DNA of 64,000 nt from Hemiscyllium ocellatum (taxonomy: Eukaryota). The notes below the pieces were generated by a model. It did no database searches. It was given only the letters and a program-made list of their open reading frames with translations, and was not told where the DNA came from. Positions within the stretch are counted from its first letter, which is position 1. Each line of letters opens with the position of its first letter. Shown here piece after piece: positions 39,141 to 52,300 of this stretch. The DNA is taken from contig NC_083405.1 in assembly GCF_020745735.1 (NCBI RefSeq), positions 53,534,345 through 53,598,344 of the forward strand, in the 5' to 3' direction. The translations under genes and the position numbers were made by a program.

Positions 39141-40792
39141 GCATACATGCTAGCTCTTTGCAAGAGTAATTCACCTAGCTACTGCTCTCTGGCCTTTCTT
39201 CATAACCCTTTAGAATTTCCTTTTCAGATAATGAAAAATGCAAGGTTAGGTTGACTCTATTAATGCACACATGCAGACATCAGACTCCTGATGCAAACTC
39301 AATAGATATCTCAACTGAAAAGTCAGCAAGAAAACTGAAGCAATTAAGTTTGATTCAACAGTAAGACTTTATTACCCCCAGTGCTCAATAGCATATAGTT
39401 AAAGCACAATTTTTCAAACCTTCTATCCTTTACATCAATAAACATCTTTACTTGGTTCAAGATCAGAAAGGCATGCAATATATTACTAGGTCTCAGAAAT
39501 GTCACTCTCTAGATAGAAAATGCACTTCCAACCATCTATTCCCATTTCAGAAAAGCACTTTATTTCAGCTTGGTTTCCACCCTCATCAACTGAAATTTCC
39601 AACGTAAGATACAAAGAAATCCAAAGCCTACAGTTTTCCATTTGCTCTGACTAACAGTAAAATAAATACACATTAGTCCATCTATAAACATTTGACTGAT
39701 TACAGAGAAACTAATTCTTAAAAATAACAATTTAGACTAATTTTCAATACACCAGATAAAATTGTGACATCTGTAAGTATTAAATCAGCCTTTAACAGTA
39801 ATTAATGCAATAACAGACCCACACTGGGTATACAATAGAAATAGGATAGATGACATAGTACAAACAGCAATAGCTTAACATAATACAACTAATTTAATCA
39901 GCAGGATTCAAAACATAATGCTCAGTTCCCAAGAGCCACTCTGAGTGGTTCCAGTTTAATTGAAATCTAATACATTATTTTTGAGCAGATGCCATGTTAG
40001 AAGCGACCACTGAAGCACAAAGAAATTAAAAATACATTTATTGGGGGTGGAAGAATTGAGGCAGAACAGTTTGATAAATTCAGAGAGTTAACCTAAGCTT
40101 GCTGAATCTAGATTACTGCAGCATTAGTCAAGACATAGTAAATTTAAGCTGTTGACTTATGACAGTACAATTCCTCAAGTTTTTCTTTGCTTGTATTAAT
40201 AATAAGCTAGCCAGATCAAATTCATGTGACAACAGTGTCTACAGCAGGTGTCTTATGCTGTACTTATGCTTATACACCATCAGGAAAAACGAAGGGCCAC
40301 AATTACATGAATTCTGCTCCTGTCCTGCAAATTGTGACTTCAGTCTACTTCAGAGAAGGAGAACAGCAGTGTTCCTTGCATGTTCTAACTTGCAGGAAAC
40401 ATATTCGTATCTACAGTTTACTGACCACAGCAGAGGATCACAATACTGAGAGAAGGCTAACTCTATATCTCGAGCTATTCTGGCCAGGGAGATACTGAAA
40501 GAGGTTGTGTGACCTTCAACGGGGAAAGACAACTGAGATTGAGCACAGGAAAATGTCTGTTTCTTAGTTTTGAATGTAACTAATAACCAGTTATTTGGAG
40601 TCCAAAATAAGCAATAGGTAAATAACTGGATTGTGCATCAATTTCACTGTTCTGGGAGAAATTTTAAGTTAAGACATTATTTTAACAATTTCAACTAGCG
40701 AAGTTTATTAATAGCATTACTCTGCAGCTAAGAATAGTCAGTTGTTAAACATATCATACAATAACAACTATTTACATATAGCTTTTAATGTA

Positions 40793-41011
40793 CAGGTCAT
40801 TCTCTTGTAACATGCATTTTGTTAATGCGAATTCACTATAACAAAATTGAAGGATTGGAGACACTGTTTCTGAAGTGCGAACTTTTAAAGCGTGTACTGG
40901 TTATAAAGCGATTCTGGTCCCATTAGTTTAAATGGAGTTGTTATTATGTGATTTTCTTATAACACGAGATTGCATGAGAACAGAATTACCACATTATAGC
41001 AGAACTGACTG
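40793..41011. mobile_element. Tc1/mariner (Tigger-like) MITE
   Basis: TA|caggtcattctcttgtaac ... ttatagcagaactgactg|TA: imperfect terminal inverted repeats with TA flanks. Confidence 0.72.
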
Positions 41012-41790
41012 TAAAAAAAAATCTGAGATGTACTAGGCCACAGGCTGAGAAGAGAACAAGTTGTGTCAGTGGGCATGTGAGATTACAGTTATGGGCAGCA
41101 GCTGGTGACCATGGAGTTGAAAGCAGCTAAGTTTGCTAGATGTGTTGGAAACATTCCTGCTTCTCCTAGTCGAACAAACAAACTTATGGAATTGGCCTTT
41201 CTCACCTCATTTCATCTGCTATGTTTCCAAGGATGAGTTAAAATGAAGAAGTGTTTATATATGTTGAAGCTTCCTAACAGTGAATGGTTTCTCCATCCTC
41301 ATCCCATTTTCAACAAAACAGGAAATAGACAGACTTGTTTACTGGATTGGGTTTGAATGCTTTACAAGTTTTAGATTCGCACCCAAGTCTAGCCCACCAA
41401 TCCTTCAGAGTTAAAATTACACACCCAACCCCTCTAACAAAATTACTTGAATGTTTGGAATTACTATTTAATTGATCCACCCTGAATGGTTATGAAATAC
41501 ATACTTCAGAGACAAACCTTGCAGGGGAACTCTCCAAGGACTTTGACAGCATCATGTCTGCTCAATATTAATATTTGTAAAGAATGTAATCATTTTGAAA
41601 TTTTACAGAATGCTTTACTGAATTCACTTTCAGGAAATGCAGATAACATGTACAAATATTCAAGGTGACCTTTATACCCAATAACATGCTTCTTTACCCA
41701 CAATATGAGACAACACCACAAATCTGGATCAGGAAAACCTTCAAATTCTATAAGACCAATGTAGCAGACACACGCAACCATGTATACATA

Positions 41791-42760
41791 GTGAGGAGAT
41801 GGCCAAGGTGCAATGTTTCTGAACAAGACAGACAGACTTCCAGATAACATTTTGGGAACCCTGGGTGTGATCCCACCATGGCAGATGGTGGAATTTGAAA
41901 TCAATAAAATCTGGAATTCAAAGTCTAATGACGAATATAATGACGATTATTAGAAAAATCTGGTTCACTAATGGCCTTTAGGGAATGAAAAACTGCAATC
42001 CATATCTGGTCTGGCCTACATGTGACTCCAGACCAGAACATTGTGGTTGACCCTAAACAGAAATCAGGAGTGGTCTAGCAAACAGTCAGTTGTATCTAGT
42101 TGCTACAAAATCTCAAAAAAAAAACAAATGAAACCAGATGAATAATCTGGCATTGGCAAAGGTACCAGAAATGACAACAACAAACCCAGCCCTGTCAGTC
42201 CTGCAAAGGTCTCTTCATTAACATCTGGGGGCTTGTGCCAAAATGGGAAGATTTGTCTTGTAGACAAGTTAAGCAACAGCCTGACATAGTCATACTCACG
42301 GAATCATTCATCACAATTTCCTAGACAACCTCATCACCATCCCAGAGTATGTCTTGTCTCACAGTTAGCACATGTGGAGAACAGTGATATACATTTGGGA
42401 GGGAGTTGCCTTGGGAGTATTCAACATGACTCCAGAAACTATGAAGTCTCATGGTGTCAGGTCAAACATGGGCAGCTGAAACACTGGTATCTGCCCAGAT
42501 ATGTCCAATCTGGCCATTTACTGTCCTGTCAGTGCCTCCTCCCCTCGGCCCCTACACGACTCTTGATCGTCAGTAAAGTATTATGAAATATCAACAATAG
42601 TGTTATTAGTCAGCACTTGCTTGGCAATAACGTGCTCATTGATGTTCAGTTTGTATTTCACCAGGGCCACTCAGTTCCAGAGCTCATTATAGCGTTGGTT
42701 AGAACATAGACAAAAGTGATGATAGCCAGGGGTGAGGTGAGAGTGACTGCATCAAGGCCA
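41791..42760 (+). mobile_element. 5' portion of the tRNA-headed LINE (head, endonuclease N-terminus, RT fragment)
   Basis: Head homologous to SINE 49537-49820; 42220-42309 translates NIWGLVPKWEDLSCRQVKQQPDIVILTESF; 42600-42750 gives QHLLGNNVLIDVQFVFHQGHSVPELI. Confidence 0.85.
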
Positions 42761-43423
42761 CAATTGTCTGAGAGTATATGCATGGCTATTTTCTGATTGA
42801 AACCAGCTAATCCACAGTTTGGGAAGGTTTGAAGAAAACACAATACAAAAGGTAACACAGAAAACAGATGAAAAGAAAAAGGACAATAAGATGACAGAAG
42901 TTAATTTTGTCCAGAATTTTTGGATCTTTGAGACATAGGGTTCCTGAAATATTTTGGGTTGAAAGGCAAGAAATGACTAAGAACATCCCGATCAATTACA
43001 TTTCATTTGAAAATTGTGTTTTGTAGAAATGGAGACGACACTTCTATGTTCTTCTGTTAAAGATACAGTGATACAGTAGAAAGTGGAGTAGCTGTTTTTA
43101 TGGTGCTAGATTTGAAATACAGCAGAGGACTAAAGTACCATAACAAAAATCATTTTAGTGTTCTAGACAATCACTCAAGAAAAGTTAAGTCCCTTATTTT
43201 GTTGTGATAACTCTTCCCAGTCACTTTTAAATTGAGGTTCCATCTCATTTTGTAAACTAATGCAGTTTTTTTTATCTTCATGCAAACTCACCTATGACAA
43301 CGTTCATTAAGATCATGTTTTAAGTTATCGATTTTTTTTCTGCACACTGGATGCTCCAGCAATAGGTTTTCAACTTGCTTTAAAGCTTGCAGCAATCTGC
43401 ATCAGCCATCTCCTTTACTCATG

Positions 43424-43596
43424 TACCGTTCATTCTGTTATACTGTACATTTTGTCAAAGCAAATTCACTGTAACGTGAACTTTTAAAACATGTGTTGGC
43501 TGTAATGGCTTTGAACACCATTTCTAAAGCACGATTTTTCTGTAACACGGAGTTGCATAAGAACACAACTATCATGTTATAGAAGAACTGGCTGCA
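43424..43596. mobile_element. Second copy of the MITE, more decayed
   Basis: Shares cattctgttata...aattcactgtaac...gaacttttaaa...ttgcataagaac...ttatagaagaactggctg with 40793-41011. Confidence 0.65.
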
Positions 43597-43724
43597 CCTG
43601 TATGCCTTTGTGTACGCAAACTGATTTTTGAAGACCAGTTTTCCCCTTGCTACCCTTCCATCAGTGGCTATTCAATTAGCCCAGTCATTAGAAATATTTT
43701 TCCAACCATATCATAAAACTCTGT

Positions 43725-44240
43725 ACAGGTGTAGGCAACCCCTCGAGCCTGCTCTACAATTTCACACAATGATGGCTGACTCCATCTTGGCTTCAGATCC
43801 ACTTTCCTGCCAGCTGTCCATAACCCTTAAACCCATTACTAATTAAAAATCCTAAGTTTAGTCAATGTCCCAGCATTCACACACTCTGGGGTAGTGAATT
43901 CCATGGATTCATGGCCTTCTGAGAAAAGTAATTACTTCTCTTTATCTAAATCTGTTACCCCTGAACTTAAAACTATAACTCTCATTCCAGACTGCCCCAC
44001 AAGATGAAACATTGTCTCTACGTCGACTATGGCAATCCCCTTTAGTATTTTATATATGTCAATTAGATCTCTTATTTTTTTGATTTCCAGAGAATATAGG
44101 CCTAAACTGCTCAAATTCTCTTCATAAGACTATCCCTTCATCTCTGCAATTAATCTAGTGCGCCTCCTCTGAACTGCCTCCAATACAACTACATTCCTCA
44201 AGTAAGGGGACAAAATTATACATAATTCTCCAGGTATCTG
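43725..44240 (-). mobile_element. CR1 3' fragment
   Basis: ORFs LGLYSLE...DLIDIYKILKG and LEAVQRRRTRLIAEMKG. Confidence 0.85.
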
Positions 44241-44489
44241 CTTGATAATGTTCTTTCCCATTCCAAAATAGGCTCCTTCAACCACCTTAAATTTGAGATT
44301 GCATTTGCCTGCCAAACTGCTAAGCCCCCTTCCCTTCCCTTGAATTCCTGACCACTCTGTATGCTCTCTGCTCAGATTCCTCTAATCCATTTCAAAATGG
44401 GTTACAGGAAGTAAGGAACATTATACATACATTAATATGGTTGTAAGTTGTTTGGTGGGGCAGTGTTGTGCAACAAGTCATCAGGTATG

Positions 44490-44642
44490 GATCAAAAACA
44501 GACAATGTAGCAGAAACTCAGCAGGTCTGGCAGCATCTATGTCGAAGAAGTCATATTAGTCTCAAAATGTTAATTCAGCTTCTGTCTGTACAGATCAGAG
44601 TTTCTCTAGCATTTTCAGTTTGTGTTTTAGATTTCCAGCATT
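44490..44642. mobile_element. Palindromic Penelope-terminus-derived short element
   Basis: gaaactcagcaggtctggcagcatct ... gagtttctctagcattttcag...agatttccagca; same family as 24195-24372. Confidence 0.7.
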
Positions 44643-45039
44643 CTTTTACTTTTACATCAGTCATGAGTGTCTAGAATACAAAATGATCATTCTCCAAAGC
44701 AATGGGATTAGTTGAATAGCTCTTTCAAAGACCTAGCACAAATGTGCTAAGTCAAAAGACCTCCATCTAAGATGCAAGATTTCAAGAAGTTAAACAGCAC
44801 CATTAAATCTGTTAATAGCATCCATAGACAAAAGTTAGAAAAATAAACATAACACCAGAATAAATTGTCACCATCTAGTAACCATCAGAAATTGTAGCCC
44901 TTAAAGTATATTGACAAACACATTCCAAACAAAGTATATGACTAATGACGATTCCTTTTCGCAGTGTAGTTGGAAAACAACTTATACAACATTTGAAAAT
45001 CTGAACTGACACTTCATAATCATAATAGTTCCAGAAGGC

Positions 45040-46085
45040 ATTTAATGAAGTGAGTGAAGATTAGCGCAGAAAATAGAAGCTCATACTGTACCAGGTAGCA
45101 TATTAGCATGGATAGATTGTTAGTTAGCTAACAGAAAGCAGAGAGTAGGCATAAAGTCTGTTCCAGGTTAACAAAATATAGGAATGATGAATCTGAGGAT
45201 GGATGCAGGTATCTCAACAGTTTATAAAATTGACTTGGATAAAGAACAGAAAGTACGGTTGCTAAATTGTTCGATACTACAAAGAAAAGTAGGAAACAAA
45301 GTTAAATGGATGGGCAAGAGCTAGCAAATAATGTATAATATGGAGAAATGTAAAATTGTCCATTTTGGAAAGAAGAATAAGAAAGCAAATTATCTAAAAT
45401 GTAAGGCAGAGCTTTATTGTGTATGGGGATTTGGACTTTCCAGTTCATAAATCACACAACGTTAGTATGCAGATAGAGCAATTAGGAAACTGAATGTTAT
45501 TATTCATCATGAGAGGAATTGAATACAGAAATAGGAAGCTTATGCTAAGTTTTGCACAGCAATGGGCACCTTATATCAGGAAGGATATAAATGCACTGGA
45601 AATAGTTCAGAGAGGGTTTACCAGACTAACAACTAGGAATGGGAAGGCTGTCTCTCAGAGGAAAGGTTAGAGAGGCTTGGCTTGTATCCACAGGAGTTTA
45701 GAAGAATAAGAAGCCATTTGATTGAAATACATAAAAGTCCTGAGGGGTCCTGGATTGTATGAAGAGAAGATCTAGAAGAGAATACTCTAACGAGAATCTA
45801 AAATTAGGTGTCACTGTTGAAAAAAGAACAGGGGACACCCAGGTAAAACAGAGAGGAGATAATTTATTTCTTGCTGCAAGGATCATGAGTCTTTGGAATT
45901 CTTCCTAAAAAGGTGTGCAAGCAATACCTTGACTTTGATTAAGGCAGAGGTAGATAGATTTTTTTTTATTTTCAGGGGTAGGAAGGAATGGGGATTTGAA
46001 AATACAACCAGATCATCTATGATCTTATTAAATGGTGGAAACAGTTTAAGGAGTTGAATGGCATATTCCTATTCCTTGTTTGTAT
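45040..46085 (+). mobile_element. CR1 RT and 3' fragment
   Basis: Degenerate WL.NRKQRV, KCKIVHFG, LEIVQRGFTRL and LERLGLY motifs; tail ttgaatggcatattcctattccttg. Confidence 0.82.
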
Positions 46086-49000
46086 GTTTGGACTATTAGA
46101 TTTAAGCAAAGATTTAACTAAATCTTTTCAGGTGCCAGTTAAATATAAAAAAAAGATATCTTGAATGCATTGCCATGCCTGTTTTAAACAAACATCCCAA
46201 GATATCTAAATCAAAGTCCTTTATCCTTCCTAGTGACAGACTCGTGTATAAGTTCATCCGCTTAATAAAGTAACTGAGAACATTAATGAAGTGTATACTC
46301 ATTCTTGCTAAATAGCTAGATGAGAAAATCAAATTCAATTCAGTCTTAATTCATCTTTATCAATCTTGCCAGATCATCTGATAAACCATTAATCTGTAGA
46401 ATGTTGATTTTACCATATATCTGAAGTGAAATTTAAATATAACCAAGTCCAACAAACTATATTTTTTAAAATGTATTTCAACTTGCCTTACATAGATAGT
46501 AAGAAATATACAATTAAAAATCTATCATATTAATGTTTTAGTCCAATATTATAGCAGGTAATACAAAACAACGGTGATCTAAGATGCACTCTGCATTGCA
46601 GCTTGCATTGTCAATCCAATCTATTGGTTTACCATCAATGCCACAGTTGCAATGCAATTGCAACCTGCTTCCAGCATTCGAACCCAGCTAAAAACAAGTC
46701 CTGCGAGAAAAGCCATTTTACCACAATGGCAAAATTGGCAATTCAATAAAACCGACAGATTATTTCTCAGCATTAGTAGTCAGCATGTGCCAATAACCTG
46801 CAGCACAGCATGGCCAGGGAACAGTGACTGCTGAAGAAAACAAAAAAAAAGCTGCACCACCAAACCTCAATTCAGAATTTGAAACTGTGGACTGAATTTT
46901 CTCATTTTTTGGTGAAGTGTTACTTTTGGGTGAGATTCCTATCAGGCAGCCTGCCATGGCCCACATCAACTCTTCTCATGGTAATCTTTTGTTTATCAGC
47001 TCATTAAACATGTAATCAGGTTCTCCAGTACCCACCTCACTGAATCATGCTTCTGGAGAAGTGTTTACTGCTGCCAACACTCTGTAATGTACATTGCTGA
47101 TGTCACATTTTAAAACCCAGCTACTTCAAACACTGCCAGCCAGGAACTACCCTTCACAATGTGATCCTGATAAGTTATCCCAAAGGAAATGGTGCAGACA
47201 GGCAAATTTGTTCCTCTGTTTGCCAACACGGTTGAGTTGGCAGAGAGGACAGCAGTGCTTTTACCTTCTGACTGGCAAAGGAAATCATACCTATTAGACT
47301 CCGCCAGCCTGAACAGAAATAGAGCCCAGGTGCTGGGTGAAACACAGTGCACAGCAACACAGGGAGAAAGTTAATAATCTTTTGTGTTGTGCAAGAGTAA
47401 GTGCCATCACCTCTTCCCTGTTACTGCAAATTCACAGGGCCACGATACACTCTAACTCTTGTCACTGTACACTCATCCCACCAAGACTATCCAAGCATCA
47501 TGTCTACTCAACAACTCTCATTGACCTCATTCATCCAAAGTAAGCCTTCCTGCTCTCTGTAGTTCATACTCACACACTGCAGGAAACAACAGGCCACTTC
47601 TTGGGCTGGAATCAGATCATTTCTTGACTGCCTGTGACAGTGGTTTGCTTGAATCAATTAGATACTGTGTGACTAACACAAATGGCTATATGGTTAAAGC
47701 ACATGCAGCTTGTTTGCTGCATAAGCCATTTACACATTCTGTAGGTGTGAAATTGACTACAGCACAGCAATATGCCCAACCTCTTGACTGTTCATTGCTT
47801 CAAACCATGAAATGTTGCATGCCTCTCCCTCTGTGCAAAAAAGCTATGCTGGACACTGATGTTGTCAATCTCCAAATAAAAAGTATGTCAGCAAATAAGG
47901 TAACAGCTATAAGATGCATCCTGTGTTGATTACAGAGATACATGTGGCTGCCTCTATGTGCCAAGCAACCTGACATTCATATGCATCCATGTGCTCCATG
48001 TGAACTCCTGAAGGACTAAACTAATTTGAGAGTTGATACGAAATCAACAACAACGATACTGTGGGGCTGGAGGTTTGGCATCACCCATTTGTGTGGATAA
48101 AGAGTTGAAGGGAATGGTGGCCCTGGAACATGTAAGGACATTGTTGTGAAGGAAGAATTGGATGAAGGTCCAGACAAGCCAGATAATCTGCCCTTCATGT
48201 CATGAATTGGCATCATCCATTTTGTCAGGGAAGATTCCCCAGCTTGTTACAGTTCCAGATGGCTGAGGGGTCAATCCTCTCAGTATCTCTTCTTGTTCCA
48301 TCTCTCCCTGTTGGCATTTCCCTGATGCTTTATGGGTGTGATGTCCCATAGGCTTTGTAAGAGACGTTGCCAGGCTCTGATTTGACATCCAGAAAACCTT
48401 TCAGTACCAAAGCTCTTTCTAAAAAAAAGGCTGAAATTGAATGTAATAAGAAGGTGCAAATACATGAAAATAAGGTAATTGCTCATTAAGAATCCTCAGA
48501 ACTCACAGCTAAAACCCTAAGGGGGAGAACCAGAATTCCTTTCCTCAATTTTAAGAATCAAATTTTTCTATGTTTTCTCAACTTTCTTGCTATTGCCCAT
48601 GCCACTCAAGGAGCAGGATATTCTGCTATGTGCCTCGAAAACTTGTCTGAACACGAAAACACAAACTTCAACTTTACATGAAGAACTCTTGCTGTTAGAA
48701 GTCAAAATATTATTAAAAATAAAGCAACTGAAACATGGCAAGCCACTTTGTAGCGAACTCCTCTTTCATTACTAGGTTACTCAAATTTGGCTTTAAGAAG
48801 AGAAAATTGCAAATTAAAATCACCCTACAAATCTTATTTTAATTCCATTTTGAATATCAGTTAAAACTTCCTCTTTCATTATTAAACTGAGTTGACACTG
48901 AGCAACTGGGCTTGCAGTTTCACTATTAATTACTGCTGTTCAAAATGGACATTCTTCTCCTTTGGCAGCCTTCCATTTTGTGCTGATGATTGTGCATAAG

Positions 49001-49536
49001 GAGTCAACTTTAAACATCTGGAGCACCACTCCTGCACAGAAGTGTCTGCAACCTTTACTGCACAATAAGTCAGTTGGATGAGAAGATGCAAGATTCACTG
49101 GCCTTTGTTTTGACTCCTGATGAAGCAAACCAATTCAGGTAATTGTCTCATTATATATAATATGGGTAATCTGTTATTACTCTTGCCATGAGAGAAGGTA
49201 TTTTCACTTTATGCAATTATGTGAAGACAAAATACCTAAAATCACTCTCTTGATATGTAAAATGTTATGAGTCAGCAGTTACTTTAGCTTCAATTTTGGA
49301 CCCTCTCCATTGCTATATTGGCCTTTAATTTTTTTTCAGGTAGAATTGATTAATAACGCATTTCTTCTTAATCAGTCTTCCCTCCCATTTAAGCTAGATA
49401 CATTAGTTAGCAGCTTCTTATTTCTCTCACAGTAGTGTTTACTGGTCCAGGTACTTGAGTTGCCACAATTTTCTTTCCTGCTAAGAAAGCTTGCTTATAT
49501 AGTGTGACGATGTTATGGGTGTCACTGGGTCACCAT

Positions 49537-49882
49537 GGTGAGATGATGGCCTACTGGTATTGTCCAGAGTTAATCCAGAGACGTAGATATTGTTCTGGGG
49601 ATACAGGTTCTAATCCAGCCACAGAAGATGATGGAATTTGAAATCAATTATTAAAACTATGGAATTATGAGTCTAATGATGACCAAGTCGATCGTTGTCC
49701 ATTGTTAGAAAAAACCCATCTGATTCACTAATGTCTGTTAAGGAAGGAAACAGGCATTCTTACCTGGTCTAGCCTATATCTGACTCCAGACCCACAGAAA
49801 TGTGGCTGACTCTTAACTAGGGCTTATGGATGAGCAATAAGTGCTGGACTAGCCAGCAATGCCCTCATCCCATGACTGAATT
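49537..49882 (+). mobile_element. Full-length tRNA-derived SINE: LINE head plus LINE tail
   Basis: A box tggcctactgg, B box ggttctaatcc, body shared with 41791-42056, and last ~60 nt shared with the LINE 3' tails. Confidence 0.85.
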
Positions 49883-50399
49883 TATATATATTATATACAT
49901 ATTCATCTTGTAACAGTTCAAAAGGATAATGAGAAAAGTTTTCTCATATTGATAAAAATAATGAGAATGCCTGAAAAGTTGGTATTTCAACTAATCGATA
50001 ACAGAAGTTAATGACTCTTATACATCTAAGAAAATAGCAATAATTGCTCTTACTCAAAATAAAGCATCAGACAAAATTAATCCCAAAAATCTGCAAAGGA
50101 TTAGTCACTGTACTTATTTTTATTACAGAATTGAAGTAAAGTAATTGTATTTATAGAATGCTTTTCAAATTTCAAACAAATTTAAATAAGGATTTCATAC
50201 AAAGTGCTGCACACCTCACTGGAGTCACAGGCCAATCGTTTGCAAGATCTGAGGCCGCAATGGCAACAATCGAGAGAAAACTCCAGCCAAGAAATGATTT
50301 TTATTTCCCTGAAAGTTTGGAAACTGGCAGAGTTCTTAGCTACTTTGATTGGCTAACCTGGCACTTACCTTGGGCTTCACTATAGAAATAAATGTACCA

Positions 50400-50602
50400 T
50401 CACCATAGACCCACTGGACCATAGGGCTGCTCTCTCATTAGACAGACATAGATAACTGGTGGTGGTTTAAGCAGAGCTGAGGGGCAAAATTGAGAAGGTA
50501 AGACTTTCCTAGTAACTTTAGACAGTGAGGGAATTGGACCCATGCTGTTGGTGTCACTCTGCAACACAAACCAGCCATCCAGCCAAATGAGTGAACTGAC
50601 CA
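50400..50602 (-). mobile_element. tRNA-derived SINE (third family)
   Basis: Minus-strand head cagttcactcatttggctggatggctggtttgtgttgcagagtgacaccaacagcatgggtccaattcc (A- and B-box-like), ending agagagcagccctatggtcc. Confidence 0.65.
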
Positions 50603-50881
50603 TGCGCTAGATTACCTTTGAAGCATTTAGAAGGACCCACAGTTAGAAAACATGTGGGAAGCACTGCTTTAAATAATTACATGATCAAAGACAATTTGAT
50701 TTAGCATTTAGTGACCACACCCTCAGAAATAATTCATTCTTTTCAGTAAAAATTCATTCATTCCACAAGGCGAACCAGTCTGACTGTTGTAGCAAGCTTA
50801 ATTCAGAACTTGCGCCTACAAAGAATTTTTCATATCCACCAGGTATCGTAAAGCATTTGATGACCAAAAAACCATTTGATG

Positions 50882-51133
50882 ATTCAATTCCCGACTCAGG
50901 CGACTGACTGTGTGGAGTTTGCACGTTCTCCCCGTGTCTGCGTGGGTTTCCTCCGGGTGTTCCGGTTTCCTCCCACAGTCACAAAGATGTGCGGGTCAGG
51001 TGAATTGGCCAAGCTAAATTGCCCGTAGTGTTAGGGAAGGGGTAAATGTAGGGGTATGGGTGGGTTGCGCTTCGGCGGGTCGGTGTGGACTTGTTGGGCC
51101 GAAGGGCCTGTTTCCACACTGTAAGTCTAATCT
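50882..51133 (+). mobile_element. HE1-type V-SINE, 5'-truncated, young
   Basis: Starts at the B box; close match to 390-709 with CpGs retained. Confidence 0.92.
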
Positions 51134-51216
51134 TAAAAAAAAATTCCCAAGATGAAAGTCTGGGCAGGTATCTGGCAGCTCCAGGTTGCAGCTTGCTCAT
51201 CTGGGTCTCTGTCTTG

Positions 51217-51876
51217 TGTTATGAACCAGACTGAACCTCCCTCAAGGTATATCAGGGAGATTGGCTAGACCCCAACTTTTGTCTTATTAAAGGAAAGTGT
51301 AAAGTGCTGTGTTCCAGATGCAATTTAATTGGTCAAACTACTAGGTTTTAAGCAAAACACACTTTATTCTTGCACCACAGTTAAAACACAAACAAAATAA
51401 AAAGAATTAGCACAACTATAACTCTATTGAAATACTTCAAAAAAATATTATTTAGCTAGTATTCATCATCTGTTCCAATTTAGCACCATCCCATAAAGAC
51501 ACCCCTGTCAAAGGCAAATTCAGCAAAACAGATTTGCTCATGTGTTATTTCCAGTCCAGGAGAAAGGGAAACCTGATAGGATGATTCCTGCAGCAGAGAG
51601 AGGAAGTTCAAACCTTTTGCAGCAGCAGAGAGAGAGCTGTATCTAACAGCTTCAACTTCAAAAACCCCAACTTCAACAACTGAAAGCAAAACTAAAACCC
51701 TGTGTCCATGTGAGCCTCACTCCAACCACACTTGCTTCTTTTGTCTAATTTTTTTAAAATCCCAAAGCTATTTACTCTGCTTTCCATAGAGCAGACACCT
51801 CACTACCAAACTTAAAACATTCCTCTTCAAGAGAAGCAGGACGGAGTAAATCCTCCTAAAGACAAATTTTATCACA
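51217..51876. mobile_element. Solo LTR (Gypsy-like), 660 bp
   Basis: cttg|TGTTATGA...TTATCACA|cttg: TG...CA termini with short inverted ends and an exact 4-bp TSD. Confidence 0.8.
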
Positions 51877-52094
51877 CTTGGACAACGGTCACCAAATATC
51901 TCAGCAGCAGCTGCCTGCAGCCCCAGTCACAAAGGTTGGCATTACACATGCATCAGCATCACTACATCCTCATGGTATGTCTCTGACTCACTCCAAGATC
52001 CAACTATGCACTTCAATACTGCTGTACTTTGTAGCACACAAGCACCTTTGCTTGTAATGCTGCTGCCAAACCATTTTGTAAACAGAGACAAATG

Positions 52095-52300
52095 TAGAGA
52101 CATAGTAGATAGGAATAGGTGTAGGCCATTTGGTCCTTTGAGCCTGCTCTACAATTTAATTGATCATGGCTGGTCATGCAATTCAGTACCCTATTCCCAC
52201 TTTCTCCTTATATCCTTTGACCCATTTAGCACTAAGAACTATATCTACCTCTTTCTTGAAAATATTCAATGTTTTGGTCACAATCATTTTCCATGGCAAT
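52095..52300 (-). mobile_element. CR1 3' tail fragment
   Basis: taggaataggtgtaggccatttggtcctttgagcctgctct...gatcatggctg. Confidence 0.75.
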
